This document shows positions 42,094-53,751 of a DNA stretch of 64,000 bases, one piece after another. Source of the stretch: an uncultured Acidobacteriota bacterium (lineage in GTDB: Bacteria > Actinomycetota > Acidimicrobiia > Acidimicrobiales > SHLQ01); contig CAVTWS010000007.1 of assembly GCA_963738445.1 (NCBI GenBank), forward strand, positions 51,976-115,975. The letters run 5' to 3'. Position 1 is the stretch's first letter. Each line of letters begins with the position of its first letter. The notes under the pieces were generated by a model. It made no database searches, was not told the origin of the DNA, and saw only the letters and a list, made by a program, of their open reading frames with translations. The translations under genes were made by a program, and so were the position numbers.

Positions 42094-42590
42094 GGCGACT
42101 CGTCGACGATCTCGGAGAACGAGTCGTAGTGATCGTCGGAGTAGTAGCGCTCGCCGTCCGCGCCGGTCACGATCCGTCGGGCACCGCGGTCGTCGGATCC
42201 GGGGGTGACGACCGTGTACTCGCGATAGTGCCCGTCGGGTTCGTCGGGCAGGATCGCCTCCCGGTTCTGGAAGACGCCTCCGTCCTGGTCGAAGAGGAAC
42301 GGGCCGCCGTCGTCGATCAGGTCGAGGGTGTCGATCGCTTCCGGGGGGAGGTCCGACACGTCGATCGGCGGCAGGTCGCTGAACGGTCCGACCGGGCCCG
42401 TGGTGTCCTCCACCCCGGTCGTGGCGGAGGTGCCGGCGCCGATGACCTCAGTCGGGTTCGGGATGGTCGGGGTCGACGCGCTCGGGCCGTCGATGATGGC
42501 CGATATCTGGACGATCAGACTGGCCAGGACGCCCAGCACGAGGACGGCGAGCAGCAGGCGCGCCGCATGTCGTTGTCTCCGGGCGTCCAC
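42090..42590 (-). CDS. Membrane-anchored/secreted guanyl-specific ribonuclease (N1/T1/Sa family)
   Basis: DGGVFQNRE.ILP, YREYTV.TPG..RGARRIVTG, YYSDDHY.SF; N-terminal hydrophobic helix. Confidence 0.9.
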   Translation of the reverse strand: MDARRQRHAARLLLAVLVLGVLASLIVQISAIIDGPSASTPTIPNPTEVIGAGTSATTGVEDTTGPVGPFSDLPPIDVSDLPPEAIDTLDLIDDGGPFLFDQDGGVFQNREAILPDEPDGHYREYTVVTPGSDDRGARRIVTGADGERYYSDDHYDSFSEIVDESP

Positions 42591-42631
42591 CCGGCACACC
42601 CTAGATCGCGGGGTCGGCCAGACTGGGCTTC

Positions 42632-43675
42632 ATGGGTGTGCGTGTACTCGTCGTCGGGCGCGGGTTCGGGGCTCGGGTCGTGGCGCCCTCGTACGCGTCG
42701 GCCGGGGCGACCGTCGTCGACGTGGTGGCGCCGCGGGAGGTCGATTCGATGCGGCGCGCGTGCGCCCGGCCCGACATCGACCTGGTGTCGGTCCACGCCC
42801 CGCCGTTCCTCCACGGGGTCGCCACCCACGCCGCCGTGACGGCCGGACATGCGGTGGTGTGCGACAAGCCGTTCGGACTCGATGTCGATGACACCACGGC
42901 CATGCTGGCCCACGCCGAAGCAGCGTCGGTGGTGCACGTCGCCAACTTCGAGTTCCGGTTTCACCCCGGCCGCCAGATGCTGCGCCGACTCGTCCGGGCG
43001 GGTGCCGTCGGTGCCGTGGAGCACGTGTCGTGGGTCCACGACACGTCCGGTTCCCGAGTGCCCCTCCGGCCCCACGGCTGGTTGTTCGACTCGTCGTCGG
43101 GTGGGGGTTGGATCGGCGCCTGGGGGGCCCACGTGGTGGACGCGGTGCAGTGGATCTTCGGCGACGTTCAGGCCGTCGCCGGTCGACGCCGCCAGGTGAT
43201 CGAGGAACGACCCGGGCTCGATGGCGTTCTCGTGCGCGGCGACGCCGAAGACGGCTTCTCCGCGGCACTCGTACTGGCCGGAGGAGCCACGGTCACCATC
43301 GACTCCACCTTCGCGGCGACGCGTTCGTTGCCGTCGCGGATCACGGTCCTGGGCTCCGACGGGGTCATCGACGTGGTCGCCGATCAGGACATCACGGTGC
43401 GTCGCGCCGACGGCACCAAGGAAGCCATCGTGGTCACGTCGCCCGAGGGCGATCCGCACCTCGGTCCGATGGCGACCATGGCCGACCGGATCGTTCGGGC
43501 GGTCCGCGGTGACGAGCCGGCGGACCCTGATCTGGCGACCTTGACCGACGCGCGGGCCTCCGCGTCGGTGATGGACGAGCTGCGCTCGCTGCCCCTGGCG
43601 CCCGTCAGCGGGCGACGTTCACGGGCGCCCGTCAGCGGGCGACGAAATACTTGGCCTGAGGGTGATGGCAGATGA
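42632..43675 (+). CDS. Gfo/Idh/MocA oxidoreductase
   Basis: VVGRGFG, HAVVCDKPF, NFEFRF, GGGWIGAWGAH. Confidence 0.85.
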   Translation: MGVRVLVVGRGFGARVVAPSYASAGATVVDVVAPREVDSMRRACARPDIDLVSVHAPPFLHGVATHAAVTAGHAVVCDKPFGLDVDDTTAMLAHAEAASVVHVANFEFRFHPGRQMLRRLVRAGAVGAVEHVSWVHDTSGSRVPLRPHGWLFDSSSGGGWIGAWGAHVVDAVQWIFGDVQAVAGRRRQVIEERPGLDGVLVRGDAEDGFSAALVLAGGATVTIDSTFAATRSLPSRITVLGSDGVIDVVADQDITVRRADGTKEAIVVTSPEGDPHLGPMATMADRIVRAVRGDEPADPDLATLTDARASASVMDELRSLPLAPVSGRRSRAPVSGRRNTWPEGDGR

Positions 43676-46600
43676 GCGCCGAGGTGGTCTGCTCGGGCTG
43701 GTACTGCCAGCCGGTCTCCTCGGTGCAGACGATGCCGAGACGGTCGGCGCCGAGGAGCTCGGCGATCTTCTGGTTGTCCTCGAGGTCCGGGCAGGCGGGG
43801 TAGCCGAACGAGTAGCGGCCGCCGCGGTACTGCTGGCGGAACAACCCGGCGATGGACGGCCCGTCCTCCTCGGCGAACCCCCACTCCTCTCGGATGCGAC
43901 GGTGCCAGTACTCGGCCAGGGCCTCGGTCATCTCGACGCCGAGGCCGTGGAGGAGGAGATAGTCCTGGTACTTGTCGGCCGCGAAAAGCTCGGCCGCCAG
44001 CTCCGACACTCGATGGCCCATGGTCGACGAGGTGGAAGGCGGCGTAGTCGGCCTCGCCGGAGCCGGTCGAGCGGTAGAAGTCGGCGATGCACAGGTACGG
44101 GTCCTGGCGCTGCCGGGGTAGCGAGAACCGCAGCCGCTCCGAGCGGCGGGTCTCGTCGGTCCAGATGACGATGTCGTTGCCGTCGCCGTTGGCCGGGAAG
44201 TAGCCGTAGACGACCTGAGGCACGAGCGCGCCGTCCGCCTTGGCGGCGGCCAGCTGTTGGCGGAAGGTGGCGCGGATACGGTCCTTGAACTCGTCGTCGG
44301 ACTCGCCGCCTTCGGGCCGGAACTGCCACTGGTTGCGGAACAGTGCGGTCTCGTTGACGTAGCCGGCGATGTCGTCGAGGGCGACGCCCTTGACGACCTT
44401 GGTGCCGAGGAACGGCGGCACGAAGATCGGGTTGTCGGTCGCGACGGAGGGGGCCCGGACGGGCAGATCGATGGCGGTGTCGGCCGCGGGGCGTTCGGGG
44501 CGGATGCGACCCGTGGGGACGAGGCCGAATTCGGTGTCGTCGATGTCGCCGCGTTTGATCTCGCCCAGCCGATCCATGACCCGGAGGCCTTCGAAGGCGT
44601 CCTTGCCGTAGAACACCCGGCCGTCGTACACCTCGCGGAGATCTCGTTCCACGAAGCTGCGGGTCAGCGCGGCGCCGCCGAGCAGCACGGGGATGCGGGC
44701 CAGCCCGCGGTTGTTCAGCTCCTGCAAGTTGTCCCGCATGATCAGCGTGGACTTGACCAGCAGGCCGCTCATGCCGACCGCGTCGGCCTCGACCGCCAAC
44801 GCCTTCTCGATCATCTCGTTGATCGAGATCTTGATGCCCAGGTTGTGGACCTCGTACCCGTTGTTCGTGAGGATGATGTCGACGAGGTTCTTGCCGATGT
44901 CGTGGACATCACCTTTCACCGTGGCGAGGACGAGCACGCCTTTGGCGCCGGACTCGCCCTCGAGTTCGGTCCATGTGCGGCTCGAGGTACGACACCGCCA
45001 TCTTCATGGTCTCGGCGGACTGCAGAACGAACGGCAGCTGCATCTCTCCCGTCGCGAACAGTTCGCCCACGACCTTCATGCCCGACAGCAGCACGTCGTT
45101 CACGATGGCCAGGGCGGTGAGGCCCGCACCGAGGGCTTCATCGAGCTCGTCGACGAGGCCGTCGCGTTCGCCGTCGATGATGCGCTGCGACAGGCGACGC
45201 TCGACCGGCCAGCCCGATCGGTCCTCGCGGACCGTGGTGGTGCTCGACACGTCGGCGAAGACGTCGAGCAGCTTGGTCAGAGGGTCGTACGTGGCGTTGG
45301 TGTGGTCGCCGCCCTCGAGTCCCCGGCGATCCCACACCAGGTCGAGGCAGACTCGGCGTTGCTCGTCGGGGACGCGGGACAGCGGCACGATCTTGCCGGC
45401 GTGCACGATGGCCGAATCGAGCCCGGCCTCCACGCACTCGTGGAGGAAGACGGAATTGAGGGCGTGACGAGCGGACGGCTTGAGACCGAACGAGACGTTC
45501 GACAGACCGAGGGTGGTGTACACGCCGGGGAGCTCGACTTTGATGCGGCGGATCGCTTCGATGGTGGCGATGCCGTCGCGGCGGAGGTCGTCGTCGCCGG
45601 TCGACAGCGGGAAGGTGAGGGCGTCGAACACGAGGTCCGAGGATTCGAGCCCGTACCGCTCGACGGCGAGGTCGTGGATGCGATGGGCGATGCGCATCTT
45701 CCACTCGACGTCGCGTGCCTGGCCCTCCTCGTCGATCAGGAGGCAGACCACGGCGGCGCCGAACTCCTTGGCCAGGCGGAAGACGCGGTCGGCTCGGCTC
45801 CCGTCGCCGTCACCGTCTTCGAGGTTGGCCGAGTTCAGCAGGGCCCGCCCGCCGATCCAACGCAGACCCGCTTCCATGACCTCGGGCTCGGTGGAGTCGA
45901 GCACGAGCGGAGCGGCGATCTGGGTGGCGAAACGGCGGGCGATCTCGTCCATGTCGACGGCGCCGTCGCGGCCGACGTAGTCGACGCAGACATCGATGAT
46001 GTGGGCGCCTTCTTTGACCTGCTCGGTGCCGATCTTGAGGCACTGGTCCCAGTCGCCGACGAGCATCGCGTCACGGAAGGCCTTCGACCCGTTGGCGTTG
46101 GTGCGTTCGCCGATCATCAGGAACGAGGTGTCCTGACGGAACGGCACGAGGCTGTAGATCGAGGTGGCGCCCGGCTCGGCCTGGGGGGTGCGCGGCGCCG
46201 GCACGAGGTCGCGGCAACGTTCGATGACGGCGGCCAGGTGCGCGGGGGTGGTGCCGCAGCAGCCACCGATGACGGTCACCCCGAGCTCGGTGACGAAGCG
46301 GCTGAGGTGATCGGCGAGCTGATCCGGCGTGAGGTCGTAGTGCATGTGTCCGTCGACCACGGACGGCAGACCGGCGTTCGGGATGCACGAGATCGGCACG
46401 CGGCTCTGGTGCGACAGCACCCGCAGGTGCTCACCCATCTCGGCGGGGCCCGTAGCGCAGTTGATGCCGAGCACGGCGGGCCGCAGCGGTTCGATGGCGG
46501 CGATCGCCGCGCTCGATCTCGGTGCCGGGGAGCATGCGGCCGGTGAGCTCGATCGTGACCTGGGTCTGGATCGGCACCTCACGGCCGGCCTGGGCCATGG

Positions 46601-47142
46601 CTCGACGGCAGCCGTTCATGGCCGCCTTCACGCCGAGCAGGTCGAACATCGTCTCGACGATGAAGAGGTCGACCCCGCCTTCGAGCAGGGCCGTGGCCTG
46701 CTGCTCGTACTGGTCGCGCAACTCGACATAGGTGATCTGCCCGAGCGACGCGAACTTGGTGCCCGGCCCGATGGAACCCGCCACCCAACGGGGGCGGTCC
46801 GGCGTGCTGTAGCTGCGGGCCAGCTCCACGGCGATCTCGGCGCCGCCGCCGGTTGAGGTCGGGCCGACCTGATGGGCTTGGCCGTACTCGCCGAGGGGAA
46901 TGCCGAAGGCACCGAACGTCGCCGTCTCGATCACGTCGACGCCGAGGTCGAGGTAGGTCTCGTGCATGCCGACGATCACGTCGGGTCGGGTCAGGCAGAG
47001 GATCTCGTTGCAGCCTTCGAGCTCGGGTCCGCCGAACGTCGTCCGCGTCGAGGTCGAGGGTCTGGACGTAGGTGCCGAACGCACCATCGAACACGAGCAC
47101 CCGCTCGGCTGCGGCTCTCGCGTAGTCGGGGGGAGAAGTCAC
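43632..47142 (-). CDS. metH: Cobalamin-dependent methionine synthase (multiple frameshifts)
   Basis: VFDGAFGT, INCATGP, GGCCGT, IGERTNANGS, ATVKGDVHDIGKN, SGLL, RYSFGYPACP. Confidence 0.93.
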
Positions 47143-47188
47143 GGGAGCAGGCTACCGGCGTCGATCGGGGGGCCAGTAGCCTTTCGCC

Positions 47189-47749
47189 GTGCGCATCTAC
47201 ACCCGAACCGGTGACGACGGCACCACCGGACTGTTGTTCGGCGGCCGAGTCGCCAAGGACTCCGTGCTGCCGAGCGCGTACGGCGACGTCGACGAGGCAC
47301 AGGCGGCGCTGGGCGTCGTCCGGGCCGATCTCGAAGCCGACGCCGAGTTGGCGACGATCGTGCTCGGGCTCCAACGGGACCTGTGGGTGCTCATGGCCGA
47401 GCTGGCCACGTTGCCCGAGAACCATCACAAGCTCACGCCCGGGCAGACCCTCGTCACCCCCGAGATGGTGGAGGCGCTCGAGCGCCTCATCGACCAGGTC
47501 ACCGACCGCTTCGAAGCGCCGACCGAGTTCGTGGTGCCCGGCGGCAACCGAGTGGCCGCCGGGCTCGATGTGGCCCGAACCGTCGTACGGCGGGCCGAAC
47601 GTTCCTGCCAGCGCGCCGCCGGCGAGAACGCCGTTCCTGGCCACTCCGAGGTGCTGCGCTACCTGAATCGGTTGTCCGACCTGTGCTGGACCCTGGCCCG
47701 CTGGGCCGAGGGCGACACCACCATCCGGACCCGATCGCTACCCCACTGA
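47189..47749 (+). CDS. PduO-type cob(I)alamin adenosyltransferase
   Basis: IYTRTGDDGTT, AYGDVDE, RTVVRRAER, YLNRLSD. Confidence 0.93.
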   Translation: MRIYTRTGDDGTTGLLFGGRVAKDSVLPSAYGDVDEAQAALGVVRADLEADAELATIVLGLQRDLWVLMAELATLPENHHKLTPGQTLVTPEMVEALERLIDQVTDRFEAPTEFVVPGGNRVAAGLDVARTVVRRAERSCQRAAGENAVPGHSEVLRYLNRLSDLCWTLARWAEGDTTIRTRSLPH

Positions 47750-47794
47750 CCCACCCTGGCCGCAGTCCGTGCCGGGCCCCTATCTGGAGCACCT

Positions 47795-49240
47795 ATGACC
47801 ATCTCCTTCACCACGGGACGCAAGGCCCCGGCTTCAGCTGACGCCCTGGTCCACGGCGTGCCGTCGGACCGGCTGGGTAGCGCACCCGGCGGAGCGACCG
47901 AGGCGGCGTTGAAGTCGCTCGGTTTCGAGGGCAAACCGGGCCAGACCCACGTCCTGGCCGGCCCGGGCCGGGGGGTGACGGTGCTCGTCGGCCTCGGCGA
48001 GTCGTCGAAGGTCGATGCGCACGCCATCCGGCGCGCCGCGGCGCAGGCGGTGCGACTGCTGACGAGCAAGGCCAAGGTGGCGACGACCCTGGTGGCCGAT
48101 GTCGCCGGTCTGGTCGACGCCGCGTCGGCGAGCGGCGCGGTCGTCGAGGGCATGCGCCTCGGCTCCTACTCGTTCGACCGGCACAAGCCGTCGGCGACCA
48201 AGCGGGCGCTGGCATCGGTCATCATCGTCGACGGTGACAAGCGGGCCGCCGCCCGAGGCTCGGTGATCGCCGAGGCCGTGTGCTTCGCCCGTGATCTGGT
48301 CAACGAGCCCGGCGGGACCCTGACCGCTCCCGAGTTCGCCGACCGTGCGGCGGCCGCGGCCCGCGCCGCCGGGGTCAAGGCCAAGGTGCTCGACGAAGCC
48401 GGCATCCGGAAGGCTCGGCTCGGCGGCCTGCTCGGGGTGAACCGGGGATCGGTGCAGCCGCCCCGGTTCATCGAGCTCTCCTACGACCCACCGAAAGCCA
48501 CTGCGTCGACTCCCACCCTGGCCCTGATCGGCAAGGGCATCACGTTCGATTCCGGCGGGCTCGACCTGAAGACGGCGGCGGGCATGCTCACGATGAAGTG
48601 CGACATGGGTGGGGCCGCCGCCGTCGTCGGTGCGCTCGTGGCCATCGGGCAGATCGGCGTGCCGGTGCGGGTGCGGGGCTACGTCCCGACCACCGACAAC
48701 ATGACCGGTGGCGACGCCACCCGGCCCGGCGATGTGCTCACGTACCGCAACGGCAAGACCGTCGAGATCGGCAACACCGACGCCGAGGGCCGGTTGATCC
48801 TCGCCGACGCCTTGTGCGTGGCGTCCGAGGCCAAGCCGTCGGCCATCGTCGACCTCGCCACGCTGACCGGGGCGTGCATGGTGGCGCTCGGCGACCGCAT
48901 CGCCGGTCTCATGGCCAACAACGACCGGCTCGCCGAGCAGATCGGCACCTCGTCCGAGCGGGTCGGCGAGGCGTTCTGGCGCCTCCCGCTCCCGACCGAG
49001 TACCGCAAGCAGCTCGACTCCCAGATCGCTGACATGAAGAACATCGGCGGCAGCTACGGCGGGGCGCTCACCGCGGGCCTGTTCCTCCAGGAGTTCGTCG
49101 GCGAGGGCATCCCATGGGCCCACCTCGACATCGCCGGCCCGGCCTACGTCGATTGGGACGACGCCGAGATCACCAAGGGCGGCGTCGGTTTCGGCGTCCG
49201 CACCCTCGTCGACCTCGCCACCCACTTCGTCGCCCCCTAG
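47795..49240 (+). CDS. pepA: Leucyl aminopeptidase (M17)
   Basis: GKGITFDSGG, MKCDMGGAA, NTDAEGRL, DLATLTGA, HLDIAG. Confidence 0.95.
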   Translation: MTISFTTGRKAPASADALVHGVPSDRLGSAPGGATEAALKSLGFEGKPGQTHVLAGPGRGVTVLVGLGESSKVDAHAIRRAAAQAVRLLTSKAKVATTLVADVAGLVDAASASGAVVEGMRLGSYSFDRHKPSATKRALASVIIVDGDKRAAARGSVIAEAVCFARDLVNEPGGTLTAPEFADRAAAAARAAGVKAKVLDEAGIRKARLGGLLGVNRGSVQPPRFIELSYDPPKATASTPTLALIGKGITFDSGGLDLKTAAGMLTMKCDMGGAAAVVGALVAIGQIGVPVRVRGYVPTTDNMTGGDATRPGDVLTYRNGKTVEIGNTDAEGRLILADALCVASEAKPSAIVDLATLTGACMVALGDRIAGLMANNDRLAEQIGTSSERVGEAFWRLPLPTEYRKQLDSQIADMKNIGGSYGGALTAGLFLQEFVGEGIPWAHLDIAGPAYVDWDDAEITKGGVGFGVRTLVDLATHFVAP

Positions 49241-49276
49241 CGGCGCCGTGCGGGTCGCCCCCGTCTTCCACTTCCG

Positions 49277-49397
49277 TTCTGGGGGCCCAGCGTGCACTTG
49301 TGAGTGTCATCTGGGCCCCTAGAACGTGTGGGGGCGGGGGCTCTTCCGTTTCTGGGGGCCCAGCGTGCATTCATGACGGTCATCTGGGCCCCCAGAA
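49277..49397. repeat. Two tandem 48-bp palindromic REP-like elements (49277-49324 and 49350-49397)
   Basis: TTCTGGGGGCCCAG-core-CTGGGCCCC(T/C)AGAA in both copies. Confidence 0.85.
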
Positions 49398-49444
49398 CGG
49401 TTTTGGGGGAGGGCGGCTAGGTGAAGGAGGGGGCGGGACGGCGG

Positions 49445-50092
49445 TCAGCTGGTGTTGGCGGGCACGCCGGCGGGGACGGTGCTCGGAGGCAACAGGCGGG
49501 CGCTGTGGGTCTGGGCCGCCCACGTGACCGCGGCGGCGCAGACCGATGGGGCGAACCGCCAGCGGCGGAGCTGGAGCTCGACATCGGCGGCCGACTCGCC
49601 GAGCTCGACCAGGCTCAGCGCGAGTTCCTGGGCGCGGCGCTGCTGATCGCCGGGGACGGGCGCCAGCTGGTCCTCGAACCAGCGTCGGTGGGCCAGTTGG
49701 AGGTCTCGGGGCAGGCGTTCGACGTGACGCCGAGCCAGCGGTGGGACTCGGAGCCGAACCTCGAACGTGTCCGAGTCGGCCACCCGGGCCAGCCCGAAGT
49801 GGGTGACACGTCCCATCGTCCGTAGGAGCGGACTCTGGCGTCCGATGCGGTGACCGATCCCCAACGCGCTGGCCAGCAGGTCGAGGTCGACGGGCACCGG
49901 GGTGACGGCACCCTCGATGTTGCCGGCCAGATAGCGGATCAACCACAACGAGGAGGGACCGATCGTGGGGAGCCAGAATCGCTCGACGTAGGTGGATCGG
50001 GGGTCGTGGCCTCGCTCGTCGACGACGGGATCGAGCCAGGGGCTGATCAGGATGTGGGACGCGTCGGCCCAGGTGTCAGGGATCGATGTCAT
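49445..50092 (-). CDS. Hypothetical protein, possibly winged-helix DNA-binding
   Basis: 215-aa ORF with GGAAGAAG upstream; YVERFWLPTIGPS, DLDLLASALG...RTMGRVTHFGL. Confidence 0.7.
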   Translation of the reverse strand: MTSIPDTWADASHILISPWLDPVVDERGHDPRSTYVERFWLPTIGPSSLWLIRYLAGNIEGAVTPVPVDLDLLASALGIGHRIGRQSPLLRTMGRVTHFGLARVADSDTFEVRLRVPPLARRHVERLPRDLQLAHRRWFEDQLAPVPGDQQRRAQELALSLVELGESAADVELQLRRWRFAPSVCAAAVTWAAQTHSARLLPPSTVPAGVPANTS

Positions 50093-50188
50093 GGGAGTTC
50101 TTCTTCCGAAGCAGTGCTGAGCGGAGGGGAAGTCCCATCTTTCTATGTTATTTCATGTGATCCTGTCAACCGGTGATCGTGCCAGCGG

Positions 50189-50214
50189 GGCTCCCCCCAG
50201 CGGAGGGGGGAGCC
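50189..50214 (-). terminator. GC-rich hairpin after the sirtuin stop codon
   Basis: GGCTCCCCCC-AGCGGA-GGGGGGAGCC, 10-bp stem, no U-tract. Confidence 0.5.
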
Positions 50215-50219
50215 GATGC

Positions 50220-50993
50220 TCACACCATCGACGGGAGCGCCTCGCTGATCGAACCTCGCACGACGGGGTCGGCCAGATGGTCCATCTCGGTGGGTTCGCC
50301 GTTGACGATGATCACCCGGGCTCCGGCCCGGGCGGCGATGGGGACGACGCCGGCGATCGGGTACACGGCCAGCGACGTGCCCACGGCGAGCAGCAGGTCG
50401 CAGGTCTGAGCCGCCTGCTCGGCCCGCCGGAGATCCTCGGCCACCAGGGACTGCCCGAACGAGATCGTGGCCGACTTGAGGACGCCCGAGCACTGCGGGC
50501 ACTCCGGATCCTCCTCGCCGGCTCGGACCCGATCGAGCACGACCTCCATGTCGTCTCGATAGTCGCAGGCGAGGCACATGGCCCGGCGGGTGGTGCCGTG
50601 GATCTCCACCACCTTGGCAGGGTCGGTACCCGCCTTCTGATGGAGCTCGTCGACGTTCTGGGTGATCAGCAGGAGGAGCTTGCCGGCCCGGTCGAGCTCG
50701 GTCAGGGCACGATGTCCGGCATTGGGTTCACGATTCGCCCACAGCTCCCCGGACACCCGGCGCGCCCAGTTGCGGCGGCGCACGGCGGGATCGTTGACGT
50801 AGTGCTCGATGCGGGACGCCTTCTCGGCCTCGGGATCCCGGGTCCACAGTCCCTGCGGGCCGCGGAAGTCGGGGATGCCGCTGTCGGTGCTGATGCCGGC
50901 CCCGGTGAGCACGACGATCCGGCGAGCCTCGGCCAGGACGGCGCGAGCCTGGGCGACCGACGGCTCGGGCGACGACGGATCCACGTCCACCAT
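50220..50993 (-). CDS. cobB: NAD-dependent sirtuin deacylase (CobB/Sir2)
   Basis: GAGISTDSGIPDFRG, TQNVDELH, EIHG, CxxC...CxxC, GTSLAVYP. Confidence 0.92.
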   Translation of the reverse strand: MVDVDPSSPEPSVAQARAVLAEARRIVVLTGAGISTDSGIPDFRGPQGLWTRDPEAEKASRIEHYVNDPAVRRRNWARRVSGELWANREPNAGHRALTELDRAGKLLLLITQNVDELHQKAGTDPAKVVEIHGTTRRAMCLACDYRDDMEVVLDRVRAGEEDPECPQCSGVLKSATISFGQSLVAEDLRRAEQAAQTCDLLLAVGTSLAVYPIAGVVPIAARAGARVIIVNGEPTEMDHLADPVVRGSISEALPSMV

Positions 50994-51106
50994 GGTCGGC
51001 ACGGTATCGCGCCCCGACCCGCCAGTGAGCTCGTGGGAATGCGTCGTGGTGACGCGGCGTTGGCCAGGTTTGCTGGTAATCCCGATCAAGTTGGTAGGAT
51101 TTCGTC

Positions 51107-52276
<1,170 letters not shown>

Positions 52277-52355
52277 CCCGGCACCCACTCGCGCCCAGCC
52301 CTATTCGACGGGTATGGCGCAGCAAGCAGGTCGTACTGCCCTAGGGTGATGCACC

Positions 52356-53651
52356 GTGTTGCAGCGACTGAGGGCCTTGCAGGGCGAAGGAAGCCCGCTT
52401 CCCGAAGGGGCCATCCCGCTCGGCATCGGACTGGTGATCAACGGCGTGACCACCTACGGCTTCTTGTCCGTGGCGAACCACGCGCTGTCCGAGCACCACT
52501 ACGACAGCCTGGCGGCCCTCTGGTCGCTCGGTTTCATCCTCGCGCCGGGGTTCTTCCAGCCCCTCGAGCAGGAGGTCGCGCGCGCGACGGCGTTCCGCGC
52601 CGCCCGATCGGTGGGATCGGCACCCGTGCTCCGCAAGGCGTTCCAGCTCGGGGCGGTGCTGCTCGGCGTCGTGACCCTCGCCGCCGTCGTCGCGTGGCCG
52701 CTGGTGCTTCGCGACGAGGTCTTCGACCACAACGTCACCCTCCTCGCGAGCTTGATCCTGCTCCTGATCGGCTTCTGGGCCACGGAGCCGGTGCGGGGCA
52801 TCCTGGCCGGCCGAGGTGAGTTCGGCCGGTACTCCGTCTACTTCGCCGTCGAGGGTGCGTCGCGGCTGGCCTTGGGCCTGGCGTTGGCCGCCACCTCCTT
52901 GACGGTCGGTCCGTTCGGACTCGCGTTCGCCGTCGTGCCGCTGATCGCGGGAGCCTGCGCGGTCTGGGGGATGCGGCCGGTGGCCACCGAAGGTCCGAAC
53001 GCCCCGTGGTCGGAGGTCAGCCAATCGCTCGGCTACCTGCTCACCGCGTCGCTGTTCACCAACCTGTTGCTCAACATCGGGCCGGTGGCGGTCAAAGGCC
53101 TGAGCGACGATTCCGACAAGGGCGCCGCCGGGGCCTTCCTCAACGGTCTGATCATCGCCCGCATCCCGTTGTTCTTCTTCCAGGCCGTGCAGGCGTCGCT
53201 CCTGCCCCAGCTCGCCGCGCTGGTGGGGGCGGGCCAGATCGTCGAGTTCCGGCGGGTGCTGCGGCGTCTCGTGCTCGCCGTCGGGGCGCTGGCGGTCGTC
53301 GGGGTCGTCTTCGCCTTCGTCGCCGGTCCGTTCATCGTCGATCTGGTGTTCTCGAAGGAGATCGGTCGCCGGGACATGGCGCTGCTGGCCGGGGCGTCCG
53401 GGCTGTTCATGCTTGCCATGTCGTACGCGCAGGCCCACATCGCCTTGCACCGTCAACGGCGGGTCACGGCCGGGTGGGGAGCTGGTGTCCTCACGTTCCC
53501 GATCGTCGTCAGCCTGTTCGACGATCTGTTTCTCCGGGTCGAGCTCGGACTCGTGGCCGGCGGCGCCGTGGCCACGGCGGTGATGATGGCGCTTCTGCCC
53601 CATCACCTGGAGTCCAAGATCAGTCACGCTCCGGCTCCGTCGGTCGCATGA
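52356..53651 (+). CDS. Polysaccharide biosynthesis membrane protein (Wzx/MOP flippase-like)
   Basis: About 12 TMs, PLEQEVAR, EGASRL, ARIPLFFFQAVQASLLP; directly upstream of rfb genes. Confidence 0.75.
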   Translation: MLQRLRALQGEGSPLPEGAIPLGIGLVINGVTTYGFLSVANHALSEHHYDSLAALWSLGFILAPGFFQPLEQEVARATAFRAARSVGSAPVLRKAFQLGAVLLGVVTLAAVVAWPLVLRDEVFDHNVTLLASLILLLIGFWATEPVRGILAGRGEFGRYSVYFAVEGASRLALGLALAATSLTVGPFGLAFAVVPLIAGACAVWGMRPVATEGPNAPWSEVSQSLGYLLTASLFTNLLLNIGPVAVKGLSDDSDKGAAGAFLNGLIIARIPLFFFQAVQASLLPQLAALVGAGQIVEFRRVLRRLVLAVGALAVVGVVFAFVAGPFIVDLVFSKEIGRRDMALLAGASGLFMLAMSYAQAHIALHRQRRVTAGWGAGVLTFPIVVSLFDDLFLRVELGLVAGGAVATAVMMALLPHHLESKISHAPAPSVA

Positions 53652-53751
53652 GCTCGAGCGGTCACATCTCGAGCCCGATACGGGTGGGTGCGGTGAGGTC
53701 GGGTCGACTGACCCAGGCCATGGGCGGGGCGAGCCGGTACGCTCGGGCAAC

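Noticed and set aside
49277-49397. Two 48-bp repeats with a 25-bp gap as a mini-CRISPR
   Set aside because: Only two non-identical copies, no cas genes or leader; a REP-like element fits better.
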